DNA from: Lama glama
Lineage: Eukaryota
DNA: 64,000 nt
Direction: 5' to 3'
Assembly (NCBI GenBank): GCA_028534125.1
Contig: JAPYYK010000093.1
Coordinates: 1,054,001 to 1,118,000 of the forward strand
This document shows, piece by piece, positions 12,501-25,200 of the stretch (its first letter is position 1; every line of letters begins with the position of its first letter). Below the pieces are notes generated by a model. It searched no databases. It saw only the letters and a program-made list of their open reading frames with translations, and had not been told where the DNA came from. A program made the translations under genes and the position numbers.

Positions 12501-15500
12501 ATGGCACCATTACACATGGAGATGCCTGGTCACTGTGGTTGACAGCCCTCAGGCCTGGAAGGGTGGTCTTCTCAACTCCATCTAAAGTGCTGCCTCCAGG
12601 CTACATCCCCAAATGTTAACATCTGGATCTTCAGATACCCTGAAACTTAAATTAGGCCCCTGGTATCCAGAAATGCATTCAGAACTCATCCAAGGGCATT
12701 CACCACCATCACTGCCTTGCCCCTATACATCCCTGTTCACATGATTTCAGGCCTCCAGGCTTCTGCCTAGACTGCCCTCTCTGCCTGCTCTATCCCTGTC
12801 CTGTGCCTCATCCTCTTCAAGCCTGGTGTGATGGCAAAGGTCCAGGTCCTGGGTCATTCTGCTTGTGCCAGAATCCCAGTTCAGCCAGCACATGAGCAAG
12901 CTCCTTAGCCTTTTTCAGTTCGTTTCCTTGTCTGTAAGATGAGATGGTTCACAGACTCTGCCTTATGGGATATCTTGAGGGCGAATGAGATAATCCCAGA
13001 AGCACTTGGTTCAGGGTGCACCATTCAATCTTCATATTTTATAGGCTCTTCTGATTGATGCCATCTCCCCAGAGCCTGGCACACAGTAGGGATTGGAAGA
13101 CTGAGGTCTGGGCCTATGTTGCACACAGCTCAGGAGAAGAGCCCATAGGCGTAAACACTGGGCTTCCAGAAAGCCCTCTGGGATCAGCCCTGGCAAGCCT
13201 TGCTCCTGCTCCGAGGATCCATAAGCCCAGGTGGACCACTGCATTGAGCCCTGAAGGGAGCAGCCCAGGGTCTAGCTATGCTGGCCTCAGTGTCTCTGAC
13301 AGTCAAATGGGCAGCAAAAGCAGCCTCAGCCTCCCTTCCAGTCCAGCTGTGTGACCTGCACCCTGCTGAGCCTTGGTTTCCTCATCATGAAGATGATTAA
13401 AAACCCAGTGTGTGAGGTAGCATGATTAAAACTAATAAATGCAAAGCAGCTGCTTGGGGCCCATCGCCCAGCAGGAGCTCAAGAAATGACGGCAAGAAGA
13501 TGGAGGAGGAGGAAGGCCCAGGGAGCACTGGTCGGATACTTCACTCAGCTGCAAGGTCCAAGGGCAAGCAAGGCCCAGGCAGCTCTAGCTTGGGGTTTAC
13601 TCTGCTTGCCCACACAGCTTGGCCTCACACTGACTTCCAGGAATGGCAAAGGGCTTTGGCTGCCTCTCCTGGCAGGCAGGACCACTCTTGGAAAGCAAGG
13701 CAGGGTCGGGGTCTGCAGCTGATGTAAGGCTGGAGGCTGGGAGCCAAAGAAGAGACTTGGGTTCAAGCCCCAGCCCAGGCCTGCTGAGCCTTATTAATAT
13801 TCTCATCTACACACAGGGATCTTTGTGGGTGCCTCAAGCCCCAACAATCCGCTCCCTGGGCTCAGCAAGGTAGGAGATCTGATCTTTCCACTCCCCCAAA
13901 CTCATGTCCCAGGAGAGGGCGACAGATTCAGTACAAGGGGCAATATGGTGGCATCCCCAGCTCTGAGAGGCAGAGTCTCTGGGAGAGACCCCAGCCTCTG
14001 GAAAGGGGCCACCAGGCCAGGCCTGCCTTCCCTGGGGCAGAGCTGGTCTGAGCCACCTCACCTTGAATCCTCAGCCATGGCCGGGGCCAAGTGCAGGCCA
14101 GCTCAGTCTAGGGCTCCCAGTGAGGCTGAGGTAAGCTCCCTTTGCCTCTCCTACTCTGTGAACTGTCAAACTGGCCTATCTTGACCATTTTCCTATAGGA
14201 TGGTTGAGGGGAGTGTGTCTCGGAAGTGGAGTGGTCCCAGAATTTGAAGCTCTTACACATCTGATTCCTGATTACAAGGCCAAAGATGCCTAAAGGTCCT
14301 TTCAGCAGTGCATTACCAGTTCCCTCAGAGCAGGACCCGTTTACTTGGGGGAAATCCCACTTTCCTCACAACTACTACCAAGGCTTCAGATGGGACCCAG
14401 ATCTGTCCACACACCCATTGGTGCAGTTGGGCTAATGGAGCTGACATCAGCCATTTGGCCCCGAGGACTTTATGAGCCACAATTTGTGCATCCCAGAGCT
14501 ACGTGAAGAGCCATATAAAACAGCCACACAAGCCACCCAATTAAATGACCAAGAGCCCTTGGAAGCAATGGGGGCTGAGGGCACTGCATCAGGAGTCAGG
14601 AGACAAGTGCTATATGATCTTGAGTTAGCCCCTTTCTTCTCTGTTTAAGAGAGAGGGAATCAGGGATTGGACATGTGTCTTGCTACAATTTACCCCTGCC
14701 AATACAAACAGGCCTTCTTGGCTTCATCCAAAGCATATCAGGGGACTTAAGCTGACCCTTGAACTCAGGTGTCCAGACTGTCCATCGCCCAGATTCTCAG
14801 TTCTCAGACCCAGCATGAGGCACGTCAGCCCATGTCTGGCCCCCCAGTAGCTCTCCATGTGGCTCCTGAGTTGGGGCTGTGGCTTCAGGAGCCCCAGACC
14901 TTGGCCAGGTGGGATGGTGCCTCCAGAGCCACTGAGTGTCCCTCATTCATCTGGAGTGAGGTCCTGGTCCAGGCGTGGACAGGCAGAGTCGAGGGTTCCA
15001 ATTAGCCACTTCAGCTTTGGGGACCATGAGGCTGAGAATCCCAGGAATGACTAAATTCTATTCCAGCCACACAGCCCAGCCCACACCTATAGCAGGAGCT
15101 GGGCACTGCCTGGTGACTGGAAGGAGCCAAATCTCCAAGGCTTACATGGAGTGGGGAGTGTTGGCCAGAGCTGCTTTTCTGCTCCTAGTCAGGGGCTACT
15201 GCACTCATTTCACAGACATGGTACCTACTCACCCTCTGCTCATCCTTACATACTCAAGGCATGCTGGGCCAACCACATGACTCCACGGAAGCCAGGAACA
15301 GGCTCAGATCCAGTCTTTGAGAGCATACATAGGTGGTCCTCATGCCAATGGATATGGGCCACGGAGGCCAGCTTTGCTATCTCTTCCCCAATCTCAGTCC
15401 CATTCTCCTCCCACTCCCAGTGCCCGGGCCAGACTCTCTGGGGCCCACCCTGGGCAGGTGGACAGGGGGCCTGGGCAGCTCAGGTCCCCAGATTGTAGAG

Positions 15501-15539
15501 GGTTCGCAACCCCCACCCCTGGCCACCTCACTGCTCAGA

Positions 15540-16028
15540 GGAAAAGCATTCAAGGCAGTCTATCATGCACCTCAAAAATTTTCAGTCTTTTCCCATTTCT
15601 AAATTTCAATTGCAAAGCTACTTCCATTTCTAGGTACTTGTTAGAGCAGCACTTCATTTTGGGTACCAAAATCTGTATTAGTTTCTAATTGCTGCTATAA
15701 CAACCACAAATTCAGTGTTTTAAAACAACACAAATATATCATCTTACAGTTCTGGAAGTCAGAAATCCAAAATCAGTTTTACCAGGTTAAAATCAAGGTC
15801 TTGGCAAGATGGCATTCTTTCTTGAGGCTCTTGGGGAGAATCCATTTCCTCGCCTTTTCCCCTGTGATTACACTGAGTCCACCTGAATATTCCAGGATAA
15901 TCATTCCATCTCAAGATCCTTAACTTAATCAAATCTGCAAAGTTCCTTTTGCCACGTAAGGTAACACACTCATAGGTTTGGGGGATTAAGATGTGGGTAT
16001 CTTTGGGGCTATCATCCTGCCGACCACA
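15540..16028 (-). mobile_element. MaLR MLT1 (MLT1D-like) 5' LTR (15674-16028) with adjacent internal sequence (~15540-15673)
   Basis: Minus strand reads TGTGGTCGGCAGG...ccccaaagatacccacatcttaatcccc...ggcaaaaggaactttgcagatttgattaagttaaggatcttgagatgg...aaactaataCA, followed by GATTTTGGTACC, typical of the MLT internal start. Confidence 0.85.
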
Positions 16029-19000
16029 GGAGGGGGAGGGTTGCTTTGACAGTCTCAATCCCTGCCCAGACGGCCTGTCCCAGAACCGAGGGGTCATGAG
16101 GCGGGGATCAGACTGCTGTTCTGGCCAACACTCTGGCTGGGCCCCAGAGCTCCAGGAAACCTGGCGCCTGCCCCTGCTCCCGCCAAGGACAGCCTGTACT
16201 CCTGGCGTGGCCACTGTGCAGAGATCAGGTGCACTTGAGCCCTCCTAGTGGCTATGGCTCAACTCAAACAGCTGCCTGGCTCGGGTGGGAGGCTAGGCCC
16301 TCAGAGCTTCCTCTCTCTGCTGCCCAGAATATGTGAGAGCTGCTGTCAGGTCAGATGTGAGCCACATGGGAAATTCCAGCTCCATTCTAGAAAATGCACA
16401 TACTATAGGCTTATTGGTGGACATTCACTGAGCTTGCAGTATGCTAGATCCATATGGGACCCCAGAGATGAGACAGACACAGAAAGGTTCCAAACGCATG
16501 GGGTAGAATGTCACTGGTACCGGTAGAAGGGAGAACACAGAGGTCAGAGTGGGTGTTCCAGAGGAGACAGCATTTCTGTTGGGACTTGAAGAAAAGAATA
16601 ATCTTGGACTGGAAGTGGTAGGCAAAGGCATTCCTGATGAATGAACTGCTGGGGCAAGGGGAAGGAGGGGTGTGTGGGGAATGGAGAGCTCTATAGGGAG
16701 GCTGGAGTCCAGAGCAGCGGAAAAAAGAATCCCAAAGTGAATAGGGAGGGTCATGCTGGCCCGAATAGGTTAAAGCAATTCTCAAAGCCAATCAGCAGTG
16801 GAACACTTTGTTCTGATGGACGCTTGCTCAGAGCACTGACAGGGCTTTGGGAGGGCTCCCCAGGGCCCTTCTCATAGCCATCCCACCTCTTCAGACCTGG
16901 ACTCTGCAGGACACAGAGATCACACTCAGGTCATGGGGAGCTACCCAAGGGCTTAAGCGGGGGACTGAGAGAAGTTAATGGCCCAGGGTCCAGGTGGAAT
17001 AGGGGAGAGCAGAAAAGGCACATTTCAATAAAGGAGCTAGACAGGACCCATGGAGAGAGCCATGGCAGCTGGGAAAAGCATCCAACTGTGAGGCAAAGTC
17101 TCAGTTTCCTCTACTGTCAGAAGAGGGGAGGGAATTGCTCTTCCAGAGTACAGTCATCAGGGACTCCTACCCCTTTGCCTGTGCTCAAAGGAGGCTGGGC
17201 GAGTAGCAGGCACATCCCTCAAGACCTCAGGTGCCTGCAGAACCTAGATTCCACCATCAGCCCCACGTCCTCCTGCTGTTCTGTCTCTAGGGCTCCACAA
17301 CACATGCTAAAGGAGGCAGCTCATCTCTGGCGCTGGCACCAGGAGAATGGAGGAGATAGGGTGAGTGAGACTGGTTTTCCCTATGCTAGAGGCACTGGTT
17401 ACTCTGGCTTGGACCTCAGGGCACTCAGGTCCTGGTGAGGAGGGAGAGGAGGGACTAAGGGGAGATCTGGCTGCCAAGCTACCAGCCCCTTAGTGGCTCC
17501 ATTTCCAGAGGGCAGAGAGAAGTCAAGAGCCCAAGACTCAAACCCCTGCCTTTCCTCCTTTCCAGACTGCTGTGTCTGTCTGCCTTGTGTTGGTGCCAAG
17601 CACAAGAAAAGCATGAGAGTACAGAGCCCTCCCTGTGTCTGCCCTCCAAGGCAGGCAATGGAGGTACTCATAGTGCCCCATGAAAGGTGCAACCCATGGA
17701 CTCCTGGCAATCATATTAAGATAAAGCGCTTGATACCATTTCTCAGATTTGGAAGCCAAGGCTGAGGGAGGTGAAGTCATCCACCCAAGGTCACATCTAG
17801 CGAGGGGCAGATGTCAGGATCTGCATCCAGGCTGGTGTGGCTCCAACACTGGAGCTCAATGTCCAAGTCCCAGTCAACCCATGGCTGCAGGCTTGAAGAC
17901 CCACCCTGCCGGTCCACTTGGCCTGAACCTCTTCCCCAGGGGAGTCAAGCCCTATAGAAGGAAGGTGTCCCAAGGGTGGCTCCTGTTTCAGTGTCCCCAG
18001 CTGCCCCTATACTGTCACTTCCCATCATCACTCTCTTGTGCTGTGATACTCACATGCTTGCCAAGGTTCTTCCTCAGTAATGAGCCTGAGGCCAGGAGGG
18101 TTAGACCATCAGGGAAGCCATCACTGGTTGAGGAGTGGCCCAGGCTGTGGGACAAGGAGGTAAGAGACTGCTAGGTCAAGGCAACTGCCCTGAGATGCCG
18201 CTGAAGACAGCATCAATAGTCAAAGGGCACAGGTAGGAGGAGAGAAAGGGCAACACTGGTGAGGCAGGCAAAGGTCTGAGAGTATATGGGGGCTCAGAAA
18301 GCCAGGCATCTTGCCCTGCTGTGTCCCATCCTGTCCTTCCAGGTCCTTCTGGAGCAGCCATGAGGATAAGTCCCTGGCTCCTCCTCAAAGGAAGCTAGAG
18401 GCAGTTTAGGGTCCATGCAGCTAGGGCTGGGCAAGAAGCAGGATACTGGGGCCCTTGGGCTGCAGTGTGGCCTCTGCTAAGGCAAACGCAACCCCTAACC
18501 ACAGCGGAGGAGTCGCTCAGGCCAGGTGTAACTCCAGCAATACAGACCCCCCCAGGGCAGGGACCTAACTTTCCATCGCCATTGGACTTCCTCCCACTAT
18601 GTGACCTCAGGCAGGCCATGTCTCCTCTTGTGGAGTCCATGCCTCGGGAGTGGGCACTCAGATACCAGCTACACCCTTCAACTGACTGACTGAGAGTAAA
18701 ATGAGGCTGCTACCTTGCACTGACCTTGGAGCCAACCTCTCACAGGGAAGGGAGCTGCCAAGGTCCCACTGTAAAACACAGCCCTGGAAACCAGCATCCT
18801 GGCTCCATCAGAGGATGCTGCCCACTGGACCACACTGCCTCTGGCCACTGCACCACCAGGTCAGGCCCTTGCAAGTGACAGGTTGGAGGAATGGGAGAGG
18901 GGAATACAAAAGAATGCACCAGCCTGGTCCACTGTGTTTCTCAGGACCCACTCTGATGCAGGCTAACATCAGCACCTGCCAACCTGGAGGTCTCCTGCCA

Positions 19001-19635
19001 CTGTGGACAGAAGGGCTGGGCCTTCAGGCCTCCTGGCAGCCACAAGTCTGTCAACCAGAGCTGGGGTGGAGGTCAACCTTGTGCTCACCACCTCAGCTTC
19101 TCACTCTCCCCAGCCCCAACCAGGGATAGATGGGATATCAGAAACCCCAAGGCTGACTTAGAAGGAACATTTTAGCTAAAAACTATGGGAATAAAAAGTA
19201 AAACAAGCCCTGCTCACCCCCTCCTGTTAAATGAATGTGGACACGTGACCCCAGAACTGTGCAGCAAGACCCCTCAGCCCCCTCCCCACCAGAAAGTAGG
19301 CAGCCACCCCCAAGCTCAAGCTCAGATGCAATTACTGTGCTGCGTCTAGACCCAGTCAAGGGAGTGTGCTTTAGTGCACCTGGGGCACTGGAAGGCTAAG
19401 CCAACCCCCGGGAGAGAGGAGCTCAGTGCCAAGTGCCCTGGCATCTGAGGCCAGGAGGAGCACAAGTGACCTTCTCCACACTGCACCCCACACCCCCACC
19501 AGGTGGGGCCTGACAGCCAGGCCCGCTGGGGCAGAAGGAAGCTCTTACCCCAGCACTGCCTAGGGGCAAAGGGTCAGGGGACCCACAAACCACAATAACA
19601 AAACATTAGGTCACCACTTGCTGGTCTCTTGCTAC

Positions 19636-19641
19636 TTTATT
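19636..19641 (-). terminator. Candidate HEMK1 polyadenylation signal AATAAA
   Basis: tttatt on the + strand, ~300 nt past the stop codon, followed on the minus strand by a U/GU-rich stretch (TAATGTTTTGTTATTGTGGTTTGT). Confidence 0.6.
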
Positions 19642-19943
19642 GGCTGTATCTCTCAACATCCCCAGAGCAACTCCACCCACAGAGACACTGAGCAACCTGC
19701 CTTTGCCACACTGATGTGATAGAACCAGATTGGGAACCTGGGTCTGCTCAGCTCCTAAGCTGGACTGTGGGTACCCTTGCTTTTGGCTGCCCCAGGAAGG
19801 ACATCCCTGCCCTTGCTTCTACCCTCAAATCTCCTAGAAATGTAGAACATGGGGAATCACAGAGCCACAGGAAGTGCTGCAAGCATCTGAGGTTCTGGAA
19901 GGCACCACCCACCTCCCTTAAAGTAGCATTCCAGGTAGAAGTG

Positions 19944-20037
19944 TCAGCCAGCCACTCTGGGAGGCTGGGGCACTGGCCAGGCATCTGCAGGGCAACCACG
20001 CTGTGGCCTAGACCTCTGGATATGCAGGAACCGGGGC
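19944..20037 (-). CDS. HEMK1: HEMK1 last coding exon ([11 protein letters not shown] plus [19 protein letters not shown])
   Basis: ctccttag|G CCC CGG TTC CTG CAT ATC; first in-frame stop is TGA at 19946-19944. Confidence 0.9.
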
Positions 20038-22244
20038 CTAAGGAGACAGAGACAAGGGGGCAGTCACTGTCTGGGCCCTGGGGAATGAGCTGGGTGTGGG
20101 AACCGCACACTTGCCCCACAGCCAGAGCTGGAATAGTCAGAGCGGAAGGACCAGTGTGGCTGTGGGAGCTGGGGGTGGGGTAGAGCCTCACCTCCCACAG
20201 AAATCCCGGCGCACAGTCACGAGATCGAGGAACAGGTCTGGCCGGCTCTGAAGCCAGCTGCCAACGAGCTCTGGGTGTCTTGGGTCCACTTCTAAGAAGA
20301 TGCTTCTATATGGGGGAGAAATGGGTCAGCTCAACTGGGCAGTGCTGGACCTGCACTTCTGGGTTGCCTGAGCTGGGAGGAGTAGAGGTAGAATGATGGC
20401 CAGGGCAGGCCCAGTACATACTGGGAGGGAGAGGCTGCTGAGGTTAGACCCAGGAGACACCCCATCCATACCCAGAGTCCTTCAGGAGTCGAGGTGCCAG
20501 GGCCAGGATGTGGGAAATGATGTCCATGCCCTCCTCGCCACCATCCAGGGCTACTGGGTCTTCATAGCTGAAGGGGAAAACGGTGGGAGGTGAGGGCCTG
20601 GGATGGCTGTGGAGAAGCTGAGCAGGGCTTCCACAAAGAGGGCTCTATGGAACTCACGCTCTAGGCTGAAAGGAGAGTCTGAGGACCCAGAGGGGGAGCC
20701 CCCAAATGATGGCAGCTCCAATTCCCCTACCTCTTATAGGCAGCCTCCCACCAGGCAGTGCTGGGAGTGCTCAGTGATCCGTAAAGAATGACAACGTCCA
20801 AGGCATGAGGGCCTCCCCACAACAAAGATGTTCCTATTCTTGGCCTGGGGAGGCCTAGAGCTGGCCCTGACTACTCCTGAGAGCCAGCAAAGGGGAAGCC
20901 AGCCCCTGATTCTCAGCCTCTGAGAGCAGGATGGCTCAGTGCAAAGCCTGGAGTAGAGTCTTAGTCCCAGCTTTCCTGCTAAGCCCCCACACGAGTTTGA
21001 ACAAGACCCTCTTGGCCTCAGTCTTCTGGAAAATGATGCACCCATCCGAGCACCTTCTAAGTACTGTACACCACGTCTGATATTTTAGTCATCACTGAGT
21101 CCTCTCCATGGCCCTGCAAAGCTCTACCACTCCCTTTTCAGAGGCAGGAAACTGAGGTGCGAGGGGTTCAGTGGTCTTAAGTGGGAAGGCAGAAGCTGAA
21201 CCCAAATAGGTCCGTGGGTTCCAGAGTGAGCCTCTCTTTCAACACCATTGCCCCTTTCAGCCCCCTAATCTCCCTATCCCCCTGATGGTGTGGTCCTCCA
21301 GGACAGATCCATCCCACTAGACCTTCTCAGGCCTGGCCTCCCTGGTCTACCACACACCTGAGGATCTCAGGGGCCAGCTGCTCCATGTCCCGGTGGAAGA
21401 CATAGGGAGGGTTGCTGACGATCAGGTCCACGGGGCCCCAGGGTAGAAGATGTGCCCAGCTGTCCTCTGTGGTCAAGGGGAACAAACAGCAGAGAATGGG
21501 AGGTAAAGGGTGGTAGCTCCAGGCACCACCATGTCCCTTGGGTAATCCCTCTTTCCAAGCCTATCGCTGAACCCGATAAACTAGACTTACAGATTACTGC
21601 CCAGGGTCCCCAGTCAGCAGCCTGGCTGGGAATGTGTATGCTGTGACATGGCGGTTCTCCCCCTGGAGCGTCCCTGCCCTCTCTTCTTCCTGTTAAAAAT
21701 CTCCTCAATAAGCAAGACTCAACTCAAGTGCCGCCTTGCGGCAGCCATCTCTGATTGCCTGCGCAAAGCAAGAGCCTCTGTCCTCTGCAGCCCCAGTGGC
21801 CTTGCCACTCCACCTCATAGCCAACACGGACTAAGTGTATGGAGGGCAGGCCTGGCCTCAATTGATTCCTGGTGACTTTGTCTACCGGTCCCATCTTGAG
21901 CCAAGTGCTATACCAGCTGTACACTCCATGGAGGGGGCACACGAACTCAAGGATCCTGTGGACAAGTGATGGGACCAGAACTGGTGCCAGGGCCCCCGAG
22001 GACACTCTGTAAAGGCAGAGCCCAAGTTGTGTTGTGCTGGGGCCTGACAGGGGCAGGGGGACACTCAAGTATCCTGGTCCCAAAGGCTTTCTCTTGAGCT
22101 TCTGCTTATCTCTTGACAACAAGCCCTAGGTACGGGGATATGGAAGGTAAGGAAGACACTGAGGCTGATCTCTTCATGGGTCAGATCAGCCTAGGAGGCA
22201 ATAGGGACTTGCCTGTCCTCAGCAAGGACTAGTCTGAGATACCC

Positions 22245-22285
<41 letters not shown>

Positions 22286-25200
22286 ACGTGCGCATGCGTG
22301 TGAGAGAGCGAGGAAGGCTGGGGAAGCCCTCCCTCTACCACTGCAGAGTGCCTCATCCATCCAGCAGCACCTGTACCCAGGATCCCCACCCAGGGAAGAT
22401 GGGTGAGGAAGGTACCTAAGGTCACATCGAGGGGGATGATCCGAATCCTGTCCTGCAACTGAAGCCTGGAGAGATAGGAAAGTAAAAGTGAGTATGGCGG
22501 GGCCGACTCCTACTCTTGACTAGAAGAATAAACCCTTCGTGGATCAGCAATATACCTGGTTCCCACTGTTCATTTGTAACCCTGTGGGACCCATGCCAGG
22601 CCACCCCAATTGCCTCCTCCTTCTTGGGTGTGGACAGTGCTGGGTTTGATACTTGCATAGGGGTTCAGATCAGGCCCCTAAGTCTGACTTCCCCCAGCCT
22701 GACCCTCTATCTCCAAGACCACCTACCTGTGAGCATTCTCATTGGCCAGGCAGATGGCAGCTTCTCCCTTGTCCACAGCAATGACTTGGCTCTGCCCCAA
22801 GAACAAAGGGTACATGGGAGGCAGGGTGCTTGGAGAAGCCAGGCCTTGGGACCAGAGCCCTCCTCCAATTCCCTACTAGAAGAGGAAGGAAATTATCAAT
22901 AGCTTTTTCCTCTCTGTGGCCAGGGTTAGGCCAGATAGAAGGGGATGGGAGCTGGAATCTGTGACCTCTAAGAGCTCTGTCTTCCTCCTACTTCCAGTCA
23001 TTCCCCCTCAAGGGCTTCTAGCAGAGATGGGTTGGGGAGACATCAGCAGGAAGGACAGTAAGTGCCAGTCACAGTCTACCCAGGGTGGGGGAGGGATGCA
23101 CAGGGGGCTCACCTGGGGGAGCTTGCTCAGCAGGCTGAGGGAGATGGCTCCTGATCCACAGCCCACCTCCAGGATGAGGGGGCCACCTTGGGCTCTCACC
23201 ACACGGGATCTTTGGGTCACCTCTTCCAGCACCCATTCAACCAGTTCCTACAAGGTAGAGAGATCTGGATCAGAGCTGGTGCTGACCTAGCCCCTGCAGG
23301 TCTTGGCACAGAGCCGAAGCATGGTTAGCCCCTTTGTGAATATAGAAGGGAGGTGGCTAAAGCCAGACTGAACTTCATGTCAGCTGAGGCCATAGGTGGG
23401 TCACTGTCTCTCCGTGCCTCCACTTCCCCATCTGTAAACTTGAGCACAGTTGTGGATAACCCACCTCACAGGGGATGGGGGTAGTTTAAACAGAACCACA
23501 TTCATGAAGCATTGATTTCAGGCTTGATACATGGTAAGTGGTCAGTAAGCCCTCGCTAATCCCTTCAGAGATATCTTCTTGTTTTGTGCTCAAAGCAGTG
23601 CTAAGATGGTCCCTGGCCACCTCCTCTCCTGGCCCTGCTTCCAGAGCTTCCCCTATACTAATCTGTTAGATCCTCACAACCAGTCCATAAGGAAAGTAAG
23701 GCCCAGAGGTTAAGGCCCCGCCTGGAGCCTGGCCTGCAGCTCATGGTGGCCAAGAATCAGGGGTCATTGTGTCCCTAGCTTCCTCATAGCCTCCCCAGAG
23801 AAGCTCCTAGGCTGAAAGGATGGAGAATTCCCTCCACGGAGGGATGGGGAATGACACAGTCCCACCTGAGTCCTATATCTGAAGTGGGCTATGTTATACA
23901 TAGGGCAGCGGGTAAGTGGGCGCACATGGAGGGAGGTGCCTAACTGCACCGTACCTGCCTTGGTGGCAGAGGGATACTTTCAGACGCTGTTTACAAACAA
24001 CAGAGTTTCAAGTCTCACCTATCCATCTGCCACCTGCAGACTGTGCATGGAAGCCATTATAGGGTGGAGGTGAGGGTGGAGAGATGCTGCCCAATGGCCA
24101 AAATGTTTCTAAACAGCAATACAGTAGGGGCCCAAGTAGCCAGGCATGGAGCAGGGAAAGGGCAGTGTGGTCCCTTCTCAAACGTGCCCCTTTGGATAGA
24201 GCAGGAGAGGTTCTGGGGAGGCTGGGGACTCCTGGGATTCCAGGCAGGGCTGACTCAGGGAATGATGGGAGGGGTCAGCAAGTAAGCGTTTCCCTCATCT
24301 GAAATAGGTCTACATTCTTCAGAAAGGCTTCCTCAACCCCCACCAGGGTCTTTCTTCACTATGTGCCTAACATCTAGGATGGGGTCTGCCTCTCCCGCCA
24401 GACTGAAGGCTCCATGATGGGAAGACTAGGGACCTAACCCATCACGGTGTGTCCCACATGAGCAGGGCTTGGCCCACAGAGGGGCCTCTAGGTTTGGCTA
24501 CTTCTCAAGTGCTGGGCCAACTCTCACTCAGTTCAGTGGCCACGGGAAGCTACCCTCTGAGTCTCAGACCTCCAGGTCCCCTCAAGCTCTCAATGTCAAC
24601 AGTTAGGGCCCAACAGAGCAGAGGGCTCTAGATCACTCAAACCCATTTTCCACATAAGCTCCTCAGTGCTAAGTCCCCAGAAGTATTTCATCCTTCCAGG
24701 CACGCCAACCAGGAGTAAAGCTCACCTGTCCCCAAAGGTAGCAAGTCCAAGGCAGGTAGAACTTGATCAGTGGGTCTAACCCTTCCTATTCCAAGCCCCT
24801 TCTGCACCAAACAGTCTGTCTCCAGTCAGAGAGGGCTTTCCATCACTCACTCCCACTGGCCCTATACCAGGCACTATGGAGACTTAGGATGCCAGCAGCG
24901 AGCTGGGCCCACAGCACTGGGACAGGCACAGAGTGAGCAGTCGAGGGCTGTGGCCGAGTGTCTGTGGTCTCAGTGGTGAGGTCACATACTGAGTGGCCAA
25001 CTGGACAGCTGAGACTTGTCAGGAGCATGAGCTTCCCTTGGTTTCCTGGCCACAGACAGATCTACCCTGGCTGGAGAATGACCCCTCAGCCAACCACACT
25101 GGCCAGCCACCTCACAGAGACACCTCGATCTGAGAGGCACACATCATATATGTGAATGACTACCTGGGTAGGGTGTGAAGCTGAGACTGGGCTCCCACTG

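Noticed and set aside
15759-16214. 151-aa ORF with LRGKRNFADLIKLRILRW
   Set aside because: Translation of the MLT1 LTR
1-19600. CISH coding exons expected from synteny
   Set aside because: No SH2 or SOCS-box peptide is recognisable in any ORF; the gene is presumably left of the window
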